This document shows, piece after piece, positions 1 to 10,620 of a stretch of DNA of 64,000 bases (position 1 is its first letter; each line of letters opens with the position of its first letter). Below the pieces are notes generated by a model. That model searched no databases. It was not told where the DNA came from and saw only the letters and a list, made by a program, of their open reading frames with translations. A program made the translations under genes and the position numbers. Source of the stretch: Pirellulales bacterium (GTDB lineage: Bacteria > Planctomycetota > Planctomycetia > Pirellulales > PALSA-1355); assembly GCA_963733035.1 (NCBI GenBank), contig CAVTBU010000001.1, forward strand, positions 1-64,000, in the 5' to 3' direction.

Positions 1-41
1 CGCCCGTGTACGATTCGTCACTCTTGAAAATCCGAGTGCGT

Positions 42-1631
42 ATGACAACCGAACCCGTGTTAATCGCTGGCAGCTGGCGTTCTTCCACCGCCAGTGGAAC
101 GTTCCAAGCCGACAATCCGGCCACCAAGTCCCCGCTTGCGGCCGAATTCCCGATAAGCAGTTGGGCCGACGTCGATGCAGCGCTCGAAGCCGCGGCCGTA
201 GCGGCGGTCCAATTGCGGCAAATGCCCGGCGATCAACTCGCGCGCTTCCTGGAACGATATGCCGAGAACCTGGAGCAGCGCAACGACGAGCTTGTGGCAA
301 GCGCCCACGCCGAAACGGCACTGCCAAGTCAACCGCGACTGGCCGACGTCGAGTTGCCGCGTACTACGGGGCAACTGCGAGCTGCGGCCGGCGCAGTGCG
401 CAGTGGTAGTTGGCGCCTTCCTACGATCGACTCGCAATTGAATATTCGCTCGTATCACGCGCCGCTTGGTCCAGTGTGGGTGTTTGGTCCAAATAACTTT
501 CCGTTTGCATTTAACAGCATTTCGGGGGGAGATTTTGCGGCGGCCATCGCCACCGGCTGTCCAGTCATCGCCAAGGCAAACACATCACATCCCGGAACGA
601 CTAAGCTGCTCGCCCAGCTGGCACACGTCGCGGCCAACGAAACGGACATGCCACCTGGCTGCGTTCAAATGCTGTATCGCACGAGCCATGCCGATGGCGC
701 TCGCGCCGTCGCCGACCCGCGCACCGGCGCTACCGGTTATACCGGCAGCCGCGCCGCCGGTCTGAAACTCAAGGCGGCCGCCGATGCCGCGGGGAAACCT
801 ATCTACTTGGAGCTCTCGAGTATCAATCCAGTTGTTGTCTTGCCCGGCGCCATCGCTTCGCGTGGCGACGAGATTGCCGCGGAATTCACCGCTAGTTGCC
901 TGATGGGAACCGGACAATTCTGCACCAACCCCGGTCTGGTACTGTTGTTGGCCGACCCTCATACCGAGCGGTTCGTCCCCCTGCTTGCCGAACGTTTTCG
1001 TGCCGCTCCAGTCGGTACACTGCTCTCGCGCGGCGTGGCTGACTCCCTCGCTACGAATGTGGAAAGACTGGTCGGCGCCGGTGCGAAGGTCCTCGCCGGC
1101 GGAGCAACGGGAGGCGGCAGCGGCTACAGCTACGCCAACACGCTCCTGTCCGCCACGGGAGAACAGTTTCTGTCTAGCCCTGCGGAATTTCAGATCGAGG
1201 CCTTTGGCAACGCGTCGTTGCTCGTCGTTGCGGATGGCGTCGATCAGGCCGAGCGTATTCTGCAAACGCTCGAAGGCAACCTCACCGGGTGCATCTACTC
1301 CGATTCGAGTGGAAGCGATGAGGCGCTCTACGCGCGATTCGAACCAGTGCTACGGCTCAAAGTCGGACGTTTGCTCAACGACAAGATGCCCACCGGCGTG
1401 GCCGTCAGTCCAGCGATGAACCATGGGGGACCCTATCCGGCAACTGGTCATCCCGGTTTCACCGCCGTGGGAATGCCCGCGGCGCTACGACGGTTTACGG
1501 CGCTTGAGTGCTACGACAACGTGCGGGGCGCACGATTGCCGGAAGTGTTGCGCGACAAAAATCCCGCGGGTAGAACCTGCGCACTGATCGACGACGTCTG
1601 GACACAGGACGACGTTGAAATCGCGACGTAA
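42..1631 (+). CDS. NAD(P)-dependent aldehyde dehydrogenase, alpha-ketoglutaric semialdehyde dehydrogenase (KGSADH) type
   Basis: Motifs FGPNNFPFAF, GGDFAAA, YTGS, LELSSINPV, catalytic GQFCTNPG and NHGGPYPAT are typical of the KGSADH subfamily. Start chosen at ATG 42. Confidence 0.9.
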   Translation: MTTEPVLIAGSWRSSTASGTFQADNPATKSPLAAEFPISSWADVDAALEAAAVAAVQLRQMPGDQLARFLERYAENLEQRNDELVASAHAETALPSQPRLADVELPRTTGQLRAAAGAVRSGSWRLPTIDSQLNIRSYHAPLGPVWVFGPNNFPFAFNSISGGDFAAAIATGCPVIAKANTSHPGTTKLLAQLAHVAANETDMPPGCVQMLYRTSHADGARAVADPRTGATGYTGSRAAGLKLKAAADAAGKPIYLELSSINPVVVLPGAIASRGDEIAAEFTASCLMGTGQFCTNPGLVLLLADPHTERFVPLLAERFRAAPVGTLLSRGVADSLATNVERLVGAGAKVLAGGATGGGSGYSYANTLLSATGEQFLSSPAEFQIEAFGNASLLVVADGVDQAERILQTLEGNLTGCIYSDSSGSDEALYARFEPVLRLKVGRLLNDKMPTGVAVSPAMNHGGPYPATGHPGFTAVGMPAALRRFTALECYDNVRGARLPEVLRDKNPAGRTCALIDDVWTQDDVEIAT

Positions 1632-1652
1632 GCAGCCGGCCGTTTCGGACGG

Positions 1653-2174
1653 CTATGTCGGGCTTGAAACCGCCGCGTCGGCTTTGGCTTTTGCACGAGC
1701 CGCAGCTTCCGCCTTGCGTGCCTCGGCGCGTTCGCGTGCTTTGCGTTTTCGCTCCTCGCGAGCCGCCTGGTATTCAGCCTTCTTTTCCGCGACGGTCTTC
1801 TTGTCACTCGCCAGGTTCTGATCGGCCGGGGCGTTTTGCGCGGCGGGCGCAGCCTGATTTTGCGGCATCTGATTCTGCATCATTTGGTTCGGCATGAAGT
1901 TATTGCCGAAGGGAGAGAATTGGGATGCGCCCCGTTGCACGTAGCCGTTGCGACCGCGCCGAGCCTGCAAGTAACGCAACAGCATGATCTGCTGAAGCTG
2001 CTGCGAGCTCACATTGCTAGGTAGCTGCCCGAGGCCCTTCGTGATCGTACTCATACCTGGAAGCGTCGTGTTTCCCGGCTGAAAGAACTGCGCACGAGCA
2101 GGGCTGGCACTGATCAGCATCAGCAAGCCGAGTAGGCAAAGCACGCCAACGGTCGTAGGTAGATTTCTCCGCAT
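1653..2174 (-). CDS. Hypothetical secreted protein, Gln/Met/Asn-rich with charged C-terminal helix
   Basis: GGAGG Shine-Dalgarno before ATG 2174, signal peptide MRRNLPTTVGVLCLLGLLMLISASPARA, and an upstream promoter-like motif. Confidence 0.7.
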   Translation of the reverse strand: MRRNLPTTVGVLCLLGLLMLISASPARAQFFQPGNTTLPGMSTITKGLGQLPSNVSSQQLQQIMLLRYLQARRGRNGYVQRGASQFSPFGNNFMPNQMMQNQMPQNQAAPAAQNAPADQNLASDKKTVAEKKAEYQAAREERKRKARERAEARKAEAAARAKAKADAAVSSPT

Positions 2175-2246
2175 GCTGATACCTCCCTTGGGACTCCCCC
2201 GAAGAGTCGCTCTATTTGCCGTGAACACCGCATTTCCACTGCTTTT

Positions 2247-2275
2247 ACAATATCCGCGTGAAGGCGGTGTTGCAA
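2247..2275 (-). promoter_or_regulatory. sigma70-type promoter for the 1653-2174 gene
   Basis: Minus strand reads TTGCAA-17 nt-TATTGT. Confidence 0.5.
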
Positions 2276-2351
2276 ACGGGACCAGCGGGAAACCGGCGAA
2301 TCTTACGGGTTTTTTAGCCGAATTGGGCCGAGCGGCCCCAGTGAATTTAGT

Positions 2352-2379
2352 CAACATGCGACGTCCAACATGCGACGTC
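2352..2379. repeat. Perfect 14-bp direct tandem repeat CAACATGCGACGTC x2
   Basis: Read directly at 2352-2365 and 2366-2379 in an intergenic region. Confidence 0.85.
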
Positions 2380-2500
2380 ACGCGGCCCGGAAGAACCGAG
2401 ATTTCGACGCAAGTTGTTGTCTTCAGGATACCTACGTCGCCCGGCCCAGGCTTGGGCCCAACCCGGGAAAGCCACGCGGTTGATTTGTCCAGGCGCCGGT

Positions 2501-4447
2501 TCAGCGGGGCTCCTTGGCCGGTAGCTCGACGACGACATGGGAGCCCTGGCCCGGCTGGCTTACGATCGATGCCCAACCGCCAACCAGCCGCGCCCGTTCC
2601 CGCACGCCGTCCAAACCGTAGTGTCGTTCGCCCACACCCTCGACGTCGAATCCGGCCCCACGGTCTCGAACCTCGATGCGAATCGTGGCTCCCCGCTGAC
2701 TGACTCGGACCTCGGCCTGCTTCGTGCCGCTGTGCCGTTCGACGTTGGTCAGGGCCTCCTGCACGATGCGAAAAATCGTGGTCTCCAAATCGGGTTCGAG
2801 CCGCTCGGCATGCATTTCGTGGGAATAGCGAATCGCCATTCCGCGGGCATTGAACTCACTAACCAGATAGTCAATCGCCCCAACGACTCCTTGTTCATCG
2901 ATGACAGGGGGCCGCAATCCGCTGATCATCTGCCGAGCCTCGTCGATGCACTTACGGAGCAACTTACGCGTTAGCTCGAGTTGCCGACCGACGCTGCTGC
3001 TGGCAATGTTCTCGTTGGCGTAAATCGTATCGACGTACATCAGGGCCCCAATTACTTCCTGCAAAATCGTGTCGTGGATTTCATACGCAACTAGTTTGCG
3101 GTCTCGCTCCTGCACAGCCAACGATCGTTCCATGAAGCGCTGCTTCCGTTGCAGTTCGACATTCTTGCGGGTTAGCTCTTCCGTTCGCTCGGCAACGCGG
3201 TGTTCCAGTTCGTCCTTGGCCTGTCGCAAGAGTTCCTCGGCACGGCGGCGTTCAGTTACGTCCAAGGCGATGACGATGCGGTCGCCAGATGACAGCACAA
3301 TATTGGCCCACGAAAGGAGGCGCGTGCGTCCGTCAGCAACGTGTACGCGAAAATCCCGCCAGCCGGGCATGGCGGCTTCCAGGTAATCAATTGCCTGCTG
3401 CCGTTCGGTTGGGTCGGGATAGAATCGCTTCAAAAGTTCGACGAGGGGCACATCCTTGCCCCAGCCCGTGACGCGTCGCCATTCGCGATTGACGGCCTTG
3501 GCCCGCCCATCGGGTCCGTAGATTCCCACCAACACTGGAATTCGCCTGAAGAAAACGCGGAGAATCTCCCGCTGCCGTCGCAACTGGCGGTCCATCTTCT
3601 TGCGTCGTGTAACGTCGCGAAACACGGCCTGCACACACCGTTGGCCGTCGTAGATACACGAAGTACCCGTCACTTCGACCATGACTGGTTTGCCATCGAG
3701 CCGCACGTGGCGTTGTTCGATTAGCGGTGTATATCCTCCGGCCATTGCCGCTTCAACGCGGTGCGACGCGTTTTCGCGATCGCGCGGGTGGACGAAATCC
3801 AAAATATTGCGGCCGATGAAGTCTTCACGCGAACGGCCTCGCCACAGTTTCACTCCCGCATCATTGATAAAAACGATCGGACCGCCCCGATGTACGACGA
3901 TGGCGTCAGGCGAATTCTCGACCAGCCGCCTGTATCGGTCCTCGCTCTGCCGCAGGGACTCTTCAACGTGCTGCGGTTGGGTGCTGCCGACCACCGTAAC
4001 AAGTGCCGCCTCGGGGCGTCCCGTTGTCGGATCGAGCAACGGCTTGGCCGTGACGGTCACCCACAGAATGCGTTCGCCGGTCAATTTCACCCCCAGCGTC
4101 ACTCCAATCTGGAGTTCGCCGGACTGCATGCATTTAATCGGCGGATAGTCGTCGTAGCCGAGTGGCGTGCCGTCGGGCAAGATCGTAAAAGGTTCGAACT
4201 CGTGCAGCGAGATCCCCACCAGATCTCTGTCCGGAACCGTCAAGATCCGCCGTGCCTGCGCGTTCACATAGACAATTCGTCCGTCCCGGGAAATCTTCGC
4301 GATGCCAGCCGCCAAACAGTTCAACATTTGCCGCGCTTCATCCGCGCTCGGCTCACCGTCGGGAGGATCGTTGATTGACGGGACCCTGGAACCTACCGGC
4401 GAACGCGGAGTCTCGCTCGGTTCGCGACTCGCCAGCTTTTCAGACAT
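2501..4447 (-). CDS. Multi-PAS sensor histidine kinase (HisKA_3 / NarX-UhpB type)
   Basis: Three PAS-like segments, H-box ERDRKLVAYEIHD, N-box RIVQEALTNVERHS, DRGAGFD and YGLDGVRER. No TM segment. Confidence 0.9.
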   Translation of the reverse strand: MSEKLASREPSETPRSPVGSRVPSINDPPDGEPSADEARQMLNCLAAGIAKISRDGRIVYVNAQARRILTVPDRDLVGISLHEFEPFTILPDGTPLGYDDYPPIKCMQSGELQIGVTLGVKLTGERILWVTVTAKPLLDPTTGRPEAALVTVVGSTQPQHVEESLRQSEDRYRRLVENSPDAIVVHRGGPIVFINDAGVKLWRGRSREDFIGRNILDFVHPRDRENASHRVEAAMAGGYTPLIEQRHVRLDGKPVMVEVTGTSCIYDGQRCVQAVFRDVTRRKKMDRQLRRQREILRVFFRRIPVLVGIYGPDGRAKAVNREWRRVTGWGKDVPLVELLKRFYPDPTERQQAIDYLEAAMPGWRDFRVHVADGRTRLLSWANIVLSSGDRIVIALDVTERRRAEELLRQAKDELEHRVAERTEELTRKNVELQRKQRFMERSLAVQERDRKLVAYEIHDTILQEVIGALMYVDTIYANENIASSSVGRQLELTRKLLRKCIDEARQMISGLRPPVIDEQGVVGAIDYLVSEFNARGMAIRYSHEMHAERLEPDLETTIFRIVQEALTNVERHSGTKQAEVRVSQRGATIRIEVRDRGAGFDVEGVGERHYGLDGVRERARLVGGWASIVSQPGQGSHVVVELPAKEPR

Positions 4448-4522
4448 GACTCGACCTCTCTTGTCGGCAAGGCAAGGTCGCCATCAGCACCACAGCCGCG
4501 TGCAGTTGGGAGACCGTCGAAA

Positions 4523-5443
4523 TTATACGCCCTGTACGCGGACTGTCGTGACCCGCCCCAAAACCGCCCGCGGATCAAGCCGCGCCGGCAGCAACTGTCC
4601 GACGTTTTCCGCCGCCGCGGCGACACCCCGGCGCAGACACTCCGGCATCTCACGTTTCTCGACGATGCCCCACGCCACGCCGGCCGCCAGGCAGTCGCCC
4701 GAGCCGATCGGATTCACGACCTCAACGGTTGGTGGAACGAGCGAAAACTGGCCCGTTGGTCCGCTGACGAGCATGGGTCGGCCGCCATCGGTAATTGCCA
4801 CCCACTGAGCGCCGCGCTGGTGCAACTCGGCCACGGCGTCGCGGACATCGCTTTGATTGCTTAGCTCTCGTCCGACCGTCAGGGCGAGTTCCTCTCGATT
4901 CGGTTTGACCAAGAGCGGTTGGAATTCTAACGCCGCCCACAATTCCGGACCTCGAAAGTCGAGAATGGCAGGGCAGGGGGTCTCGCTGAGCAGTTCACGA
5001 TAGAAGTTCGGCGGAGCGCCCGCTGGCAATGAGCCGGCCAGAACGACCAACTCGGCGCGCTCGACGACTCGGTGGTAAGTCACCCGAAACGCGTCGAGCT
5101 CCCGTTGACTCGCGGCGGCCGTGTTTTCGACCAGTTCAGTCACCTTCGCCGAGCCCGCTTCGAGAAGTGTCGTGCAAACCCGGGTGGACGAGGCCGTGCG
5201 CACCCAGTGTCCGATGACCCCGGCATTCTCAACGTCGCAGCAAACCTGATCGCCTGACGAGCCGCCATACATGCAGACCATTTCGACGGGCACTCCCAAG
5301 CGTGCCAGCGCCAGGGCCACGTTGACGACTTTGCCCGAGGCACACCAATCCACCTTGGAGGCGCGGTTGACCTCGCCGAGCCGCAGCACGTCGAAGCGCA
5401 TGATCTGTTGCCAGGCAGGCGAAAGTCCAGCAACGACAATCAC
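4523..5443 (-). CDS. PfkB-family carbohydrate kinase (1-phosphofructokinase/LacC-like)
   Basis: ASGKVVNVA, VLAGSLP, LVKPNREEL, VNPIGSGD motifs. Confidence 0.9.
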   Translation of the reverse strand: MIVVAGLSPAWQQIMRFDVLRLGEVNRASKVDWCASGKVVNVALALARLGVPVEMVCMYGGSSGDQVCCDVENAGVIGHWVRTASSTRVCTTLLEAGSAKVTELVENTAAASQRELDAFRVTYHRVVERAELVVLAGSLPAGAPPNFYRELLSETPCPAILDFRGPELWAALEFQPLLVKPNREELALTVGRELSNQSDVRDAVAELHQRGAQWVAITDGGRPMLVSGPTGQFSLVPPTVEVVNPIGSGDCLAAGVAWGIVEKREMPECLRRGVAAAAENVGQLLPARLDPRAVLGRVTTVRVQGV

Positions 5444-6626
5444 AGTTGCGCCTCGAGAATGTGTTCCAATTCATCATCGGAAAGATTTCGCGGGTTGCCG
5501 CTCATACTATTGCCCCGCGAGTCACGCACCAGCGCAGGTATCTGATCGGCCCGTACGCCCAGCTCGGAAAGTCGACGCGGAATGCCGATTCGCTCGCAAA
5601 TCGCCTTGACTCGGTCGATGAGTGCCTCGGCCGCGGCGGCGTGAGAGGACGAATCAGTCAGACAGGCCGCGCGTGCCAACTCGGCCAACCGTTCACTGGC
5701 CACGGAACGATTCACTTGCAAGGCCGTCGGCAGCATCACGGCGCATGCCAGACCATGAGGAACATTGCAATGGACGCCCAGCGCCGCGGCCACGCCGTGG
5801 GCCATCCCCAGCCCGGAATTGGCCAGCGCCATCCCAGACAACAGCGCCGAGTGGGCCATCGCTTCGCGCGCCGGCGCGAGGTTCCATTCTCCACCGCCTC
5901 GACGATTGCCGGCAACGCTAGCTTCAAGCCCCCAACCGCGAGTGCTTGCGGAATTGGCCTGGCGCGAATCGAGATGTAACTTTCGATCAACTGCGTGATC
6001 GCGTCCATGCCGGTATGGGCCGTCGTCTTCGGCGGCAGCGTGACGGCCAATTGCGGGTCGACAACCACAGCCCTGGGCATCATGCCATTGTCGCGAAGAC
6101 TCTTTTTGACACTTGGAGAATCGACCGAAATCACCGCGTTCTTCGTGGCCTCGCTGCCAGTCCCGGCGGTGGTCGGCATCGCCACTACAGGCAGCGGCCT
6201 CAACAAAAGCTTGAGCCCACGGCCGACGCCTTCCAAGTAATCACGAACAGACTCACCCTCGGTGTTGGTTGCCAGGGCGGCCAGCGCCTTGGCGAGATCG
6301 ATCGCCGAGCCGCCGCCCAGTGCCAACACAACGTCTCCTTCGCGGGCACCCCTTCCGCGCAGCCGCGCCGCGGCCTGGTCGACCTCGGCCACCGTTGGCT
6401 CGCCGCGCGATTCGGCGAGCGCAACGGCCTCGACGCCATGGTCGTGTAACACGTCGTGCAGTTCCGCCACCAGCCCGGCGGCCTCCAGCGACCGCGATCC
6501 GGAGACGACCCACGCCCGACGGCCCAACGACGCCGCAAGCGGCCCGACCTCGCGCCAGCGTCCCCACCCAAACAGAATCTGCGGCGGCGCGAGGAAATCG
6601 TAGCTGGGCAGAGGTTCTTGGCTCAT
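5440..6626 (-). CDS. Iron-containing alcohol dehydrogenase (single frameshift near 5872)
   Basis: GGGSAIDLAK, PTTAGTGSEAT and GMDAITQLIES lie in ORF 5736-6626; GLGMAHG..HG.AC lies in ORF 5440-5859. One added base joins them as ENGTSRPAREAMAHSALL. Confidence 0.88.
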
Positions 6627-6717
6627 GCTGCGTATTATCTTGGTCTTACGATTTCTGGCAACCGGCAGGTGGAGGGCGCGACTTTCTCCTTCTGAAGCAC
6701 TTGTCTAGGATATTGGT

Positions 6718-7119
6718 ATGAACATCGACGGTACGCGACGTGTGATGGAAACCTCTTGCCAAGACACGGCCAACCAATATCTGCGCTTTGGTTGGCGGCT
6801 GATAAATCAATATGTCGTCGCGGCCACGGCGGATACACCGGCAAGAGTCATCTACGTACTGGCAAGCGTTCTCCGCCTGGAGGACACACGGCGGGTGGTC
6901 CCGCTCACCAATCCCGATTCACTCAATCAGTATCTCGAATTGGGCTGGAAATTGATTGAAAAGTATGTCACGGCGTCCAGCGACCCGAATCGCCGCGACG
7001 AAGTCTTGCACTACGTCGTTGCCTGGCAAACGGACGATCCGCCCCTGCATCCAGGGTCCTCCGGGGGCGGCAACAGACAGTTCGATTCCATTCTTCAACC
7101 CGACGACCAGCTATACTAG
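6718..7119 (+). CDS. Hypothetical protein built from two ~52 aa internal repeats
   Basis: TRRV...ANQYLRFGWRLINQYV and TRRV...LNQYLELGWKLIEKYV. Confidence 0.7.
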   Translation: MNIDGTRRVMETSCQDTANQYLRFGWRLINQYVVAATADTPARVIYVLASVLRLEDTRRVVPLTNPDSLNQYLELGWKLIEKYVTASSDPNRRDEVLHYVVAWQTDDPPLHPGSSGGGNRQFDSILQPDDQLY

Positions 7120-7217
7120 TGCGATGTCCGCGTTCGTTTGCGAGTGGAACGCTCTGTTGGACGCCGCGGCACATTTCGACCCGTTTTCCAAACTCAGCCC
7201 AGTCGCCACGCAACGCC

Positions 7218-8168
7218 ATGCCCTCTCAGCCCACACGACGCCAGATGCTCAGTCAATCGCTGACCGCTGCGGCCGCCGCCACCGTTCTTTCGCAATCGGC
7301 CATGGCCCAGGCCGCGGAGCGCCCGGAAAACGAACCGTTTGGCTATTGCTTTAACACCAGCACAATTCGCGGGCAGAAGCTCCCGCTGGTCGAGGAACTG
7401 GAGATCGCGGCGCGAGCCGGATTCCAGGGGGTTGAGCCGTGGGTGGCCGAACTCGACGAATATGTCAAGGGTGGCGGATCCCTCTCGGACTTACGAAAAC
7501 GGATTGCCGATCTCGGCCTTTCCGTCGAAAGCGTGATTGGCTTCTCGCCCTGGATTGTCGACGACGATGCCAAACGGGCAACTGGCCTCGACGATGCCAA
7601 GCGGGTGATGAATATGACCGCCGAGATCGGCGGCACGCGCATCGCCGCACCCGCTTCGGGAATCTCGGATGCCGATCGACCGGATCTGCCCACGATCGCC
7701 GAACGTTACCGCGCCCTGCTCGATGTGGGCGACCAGTGCGGCGTCGTGCCGCAGATCGAACTTTGGGGATTCTCGCCTCTGCTCAGCAAGCTCAGTGAAG
7801 TGAGTTACGCCGCCATCGCCAGCGATCATCCACGGGCGTGCATTCTGGCGGACTCCTACCACCTCTACAAAGGCGGCACGCCATATGAGAATCTGCGGCT
7901 GCTCAATGGTGGCGCGATGCATGTGTTCCATATCAACGACTACCCTGCGACGCCTGAGCGAGCCGAAATCACTGACGCGCACCGCGTCTTCCCCGGAGAC
8001 GGTGTGGCGCCGCTCGGCCCGCTGTTTCGCACGCTGCGCGACACGGGCTTCCGGGGCATGCTATCGCTGGAAGTATTCAACCGCGAGTACTGGAATCAAG
8101 ACGCACTTTATGTCGCCCGCGCCGGATTTGAAAAGACGCGTGAGGCGGTTCAAAAGGCGTTTGCCTAG
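7218..8168 (+). CDS. Sugar phosphate isomerase/epimerase (xylose-isomerase-like TIM barrel), Tat-exported
   Basis: TRRQML twin-arginine signal; IELWG, LADSYH, HVFHIND, RVFPGDG, LSLEVFN metal-binding motifs. Confidence 0.88.
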   Translation: MPSQPTRRQMLSQSLTAAAAATVLSQSAMAQAAERPENEPFGYCFNTSTIRGQKLPLVEELEIAARAGFQGVEPWVAELDEYVKGGGSLSDLRKRIADLGLSVESVIGFSPWIVDDDAKRATGLDDAKRVMNMTAEIGGTRIAAPASGISDADRPDLPTIAERYRALLDVGDQCGVVPQIELWGFSPLLSKLSEVSYAAIASDHPRACILADSYHLYKGGTPYENLRLLNGGAMHVFHINDYPATPERAEITDAHRVFPGDGVAPLGPLFRTLRDTGFRGMLSLEVFNREYWNQDALYVARAGFEKTREAVQKAFA

Positions 8169-8176
8169 AGCGCAAA

Positions 8177-8359
8177 ATGCGTGATGAAGCCAGCTATATC
8201 TGCGATTCGTGCGGAGAGGAGATCGTGATTCCGATCGATCCGTCGGCCGGCAGCGTGCAGCAATACGTCGAGGATTGCCCCGTTTGCTGTCATCCGCACG
8301 TGCTCCACGTCGAGTTCGACGACGAGGGGAACGCATTCGTTCATAGCCAGCACGAATAA
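8177..8359 (+). CDS. CPXCG-motif cysteine-rich small protein
   Basis: CDSCGE...IDPSAG..QQYVEDCPVCC pattern. Confidence 0.8.
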   Translation: MRDEASYICDSCGEEIVIPIDPSAGSVQQYVEDCPVCCHPHVLHVEFDDEGNAFVHSQHE

Positions 8360-8487
8360 TCGCGCGGCGAAACTGACGCTCACGGAATTCAAGAAGGGCG
8401 CCTGGCCTTTATCGTCGCAATCACCCGCGCCCTGCCAGGCCAACGGCACGCTGTCTACGTTAGCGCCTCCGGTTGGCGTGTGCTGTT

Positions 8488-9162
8488 CTAACTTGCCGTC
8501 GCGCATGCGGAGCGTGCGGTGGGCTGCGCGGCAATGTCGGGTTCGTGCGTAACCATGATGATCGTCTTGCCCGCCCCGTTGAGCGCTTCGAGCAGTTGCA
8601 TGATTTCCTCGCCCGTGGCCGAGTCGAGGTTACCGGTGGGTTCGTCCGCCAGGATGACGCGGGGGTTGTTCACCAGGGCTCGGGCGATCGCCACACGCTG
8701 TTGTTGACCGCCCGATAGCTGAAACGGCCGATGGTCAAGACGATCTTGAAGTCCTACCATTTCCGCCATATCGAGGCAGCGCTGTTTCGCCTCGCGAGAA
8801 ACGTCCCCCTGGTAATAGAGCGGCAGCTCGATATTCTCGACGACGGTCAATTGGGCAATCAGGTTGTACGATTGAAAGATGAAACCCAAATACCGGCTGC
8901 GGATTTCCGACAACTCGTCGTCGTCGAGCTGGGAGACGTCTTGCCCGGCGAGGACGTACTGTCCACTGCTGGCACGATCGAGACAGCCCAGAAGGTTCAG
9001 CAGGGTACTTTTGCCGGAACCGGAAGTACCCATGATGGCGACGAAGTCGCCCTCGGGAAAATCAATCGAAACGCCCCGCAATGCGCGCACGGTAATCCCG
9101 CCCTTCAGGACATAGTCCTTATGGACATCGATCACTCGGGCTGCCATCTTCACTTCGCTCAC
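8488..9162 (-). CDS. ABC transporter ATP-binding protein (MacB/LolD type); C-terminal frameshift near 8523
   Basis: Walker [39 protein letters not shown]. The natural ending (A)[11 protein letters not shown] continues in another frame. Confidence 0.9.
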   Translation of the reverse strand: MSEVKMAARVIDVHKDYVLKGGITVRALRGVSIDFPEGDFVAIMGTSGSGKSTLLNLLGCLDRASSGQYVLAGQDVSQLDDDELSEIRSRYLGFIFQSYNLIAQLTVVENIELPLYYQGDVSREAKQRCLDMAEMVGLQDRLDHRPFQLSGGQQQRVAIARALVNNPRVILADEPTGNLDSATGEEIMQLLEALNGAGKTIIMVTHEPDIAAQPTARSACATAS

Positions 9163-9210
9163 TCGGGATCTTGCTCCGCAATCAAGTCGTGGGACGCTTT
9201 CAGTCTAGTC

Positions 9211-10536
9211 CTATTCGTGCCGCAATGCCTCAATTGGATCCATTTTCGCGGCCCGCTGGGCCGGATACAGGCCAAACACCACGCCGACGCCGACCGAAAT
9301 CAGGAACGCGGCAACGATCGACCACCAGGCGAGGCGGGGCTCGAGTTGCTGGATATTGGGTGGCAGCGAGGCGACTACATCCGGGAACAATTGTCCCATC
9401 ACGGCCCGCGTACCCACGATCGCCGGTCTGCAAAGAAATCCGAGAAACACTCCCAGCGCGCCGCCAGTGGCTGACAGCACGATGGTTTCGCTGAGGAATT
9501 GCGACACAATATCACGCTGTTTGGCGCCCAGGGCCCGACGAATGCCAATCTCGCGGGTGCGCTCGGTCACGGTAGCCAGCATGATATTCATAATCCCAAT
9601 GCCGCCAACGAGTAGCGCGATGCCGGCAATCAGCACCAGCAACAGGTTAAACATCATTTGCAGCACTTGAGCCTGCTGCAGCAGTTCCTTGGGGACGACA
9701 ATCGCGTAGTCCTGCACCGGATGAAACCGCGCCAGCAAGGCGCGAATGATGTCGGCCGTTTCGTCCACTTCTTCCATGTCGCGAACGGTGACGGTGATTT
9801 GGCTCAACTCGACTTGCTCGCCCTCGCGGCTGCCGGCCCGCGACGTGATGACCATGTCGCCAATCCGCGACCGCAAGGTTGACAGCGGGATATAGACGTC
9901 GAGGTTGAAGTCCTGCGCCGACATGCTGCCGCCGATCCCAGCCGAGGGCGTCTTCGACGCGGTCTGGCCGATGATCACGTAAAACGCGTCTTCGATCTGC
10001 AGAAACTGGTGAATGGGATCCTGATAGGGAAACAGCAGCCGTGCAGTCTCCGAACCGATAACGCAGACGTTTTCACCGGATTCCAGGTCCTTGTCCGAGA
10101 TGAAACGTCCGCGTGCCATCTTCAGGTTGTTCATCTGCAGGTACTTGGACGTACAACCGACAAGGCGAACGTCCGTGACGTTGTCGAGGTAGCGCGCCTC
10201 GCGGGTAATCTCGCGCATCGGTACCGCCTGCGTGAGCGTGGGCACGTTAGACGAGATTCGATTGAAATCATCTCGGAGCAACCCGTAAGCAATAACGAAG
10301 CCGCCGCCTCGCAACGTGTCGGCCGGGGGTTTCGTGCTGCGAATGATGATGTTATTGGCGCCCAGGTCCTTGATCTGCTGCTGGGCCTGGTAGCTGACGC
10401 CTTCCCCCATAGCCACCAGCCAGATCACGGCGGTGACACCAATCAGAATGCCCAAAATTGCCAGACCCGAACGGAGCTTGTGCAGCAGCAAGCTCTTCAG
10501 TCCCACATTCAGTGTTAGCCAGATTTTTGAGCCCAA
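9211..10536 (-). CDS. ABC transporter permease (MacB/FtsX family)
   Basis: KLRSGLAILGILIGV, GGIGIMNIMLATVTERTREIGIRRALGA, YPAQRAAKMDPIEALRHE. Confidence 0.93.
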   Translation of the reverse strand: MGSKIWLTLNVGLKSLLLHKLRSGLAILGILIGVTAVIWLVAMGEGVSYQAQQQIKDLGANNIIIRSTKPPADTLRGGGFVIAYGLLRDDFNRISSNVPTLTQAVPMREITREARYLDNVTDVRLVGCTSKYLQMNNLKMARGRFISDKDLESGENVCVIGSETARLLFPYQDPIHQFLQIEDAFYVIIGQTASKTPSAGIGGSMSAQDFNLDVYIPLSTLRSRIGDMVITSRAGSREGEQVELSQITVTVRDMEEVDETADIIRALLARFHPVQDYAIVVPKELLQQAQVLQMMFNLLLVLIAGIALLVGGIGIMNIMLATVTERTREIGIRRALGAKQRDIVSQFLSETIVLSATGGALGVFLGFLCRPAIVGTRAVMGQLFPDVVASLPPNIQQLEPRLAWWSIVAAFLISVGVGVVFGLYPAQRAAKMDPIEALRHE

Positions 10537-10620
10537 GGACGTTCCCTTGCTGTGGGAAAAAGACCGCGGCAGGCCCGCACGGCGGAAAGCACCGCAGACA
10601 CGCGTTTGGTCGAGCGCTAG

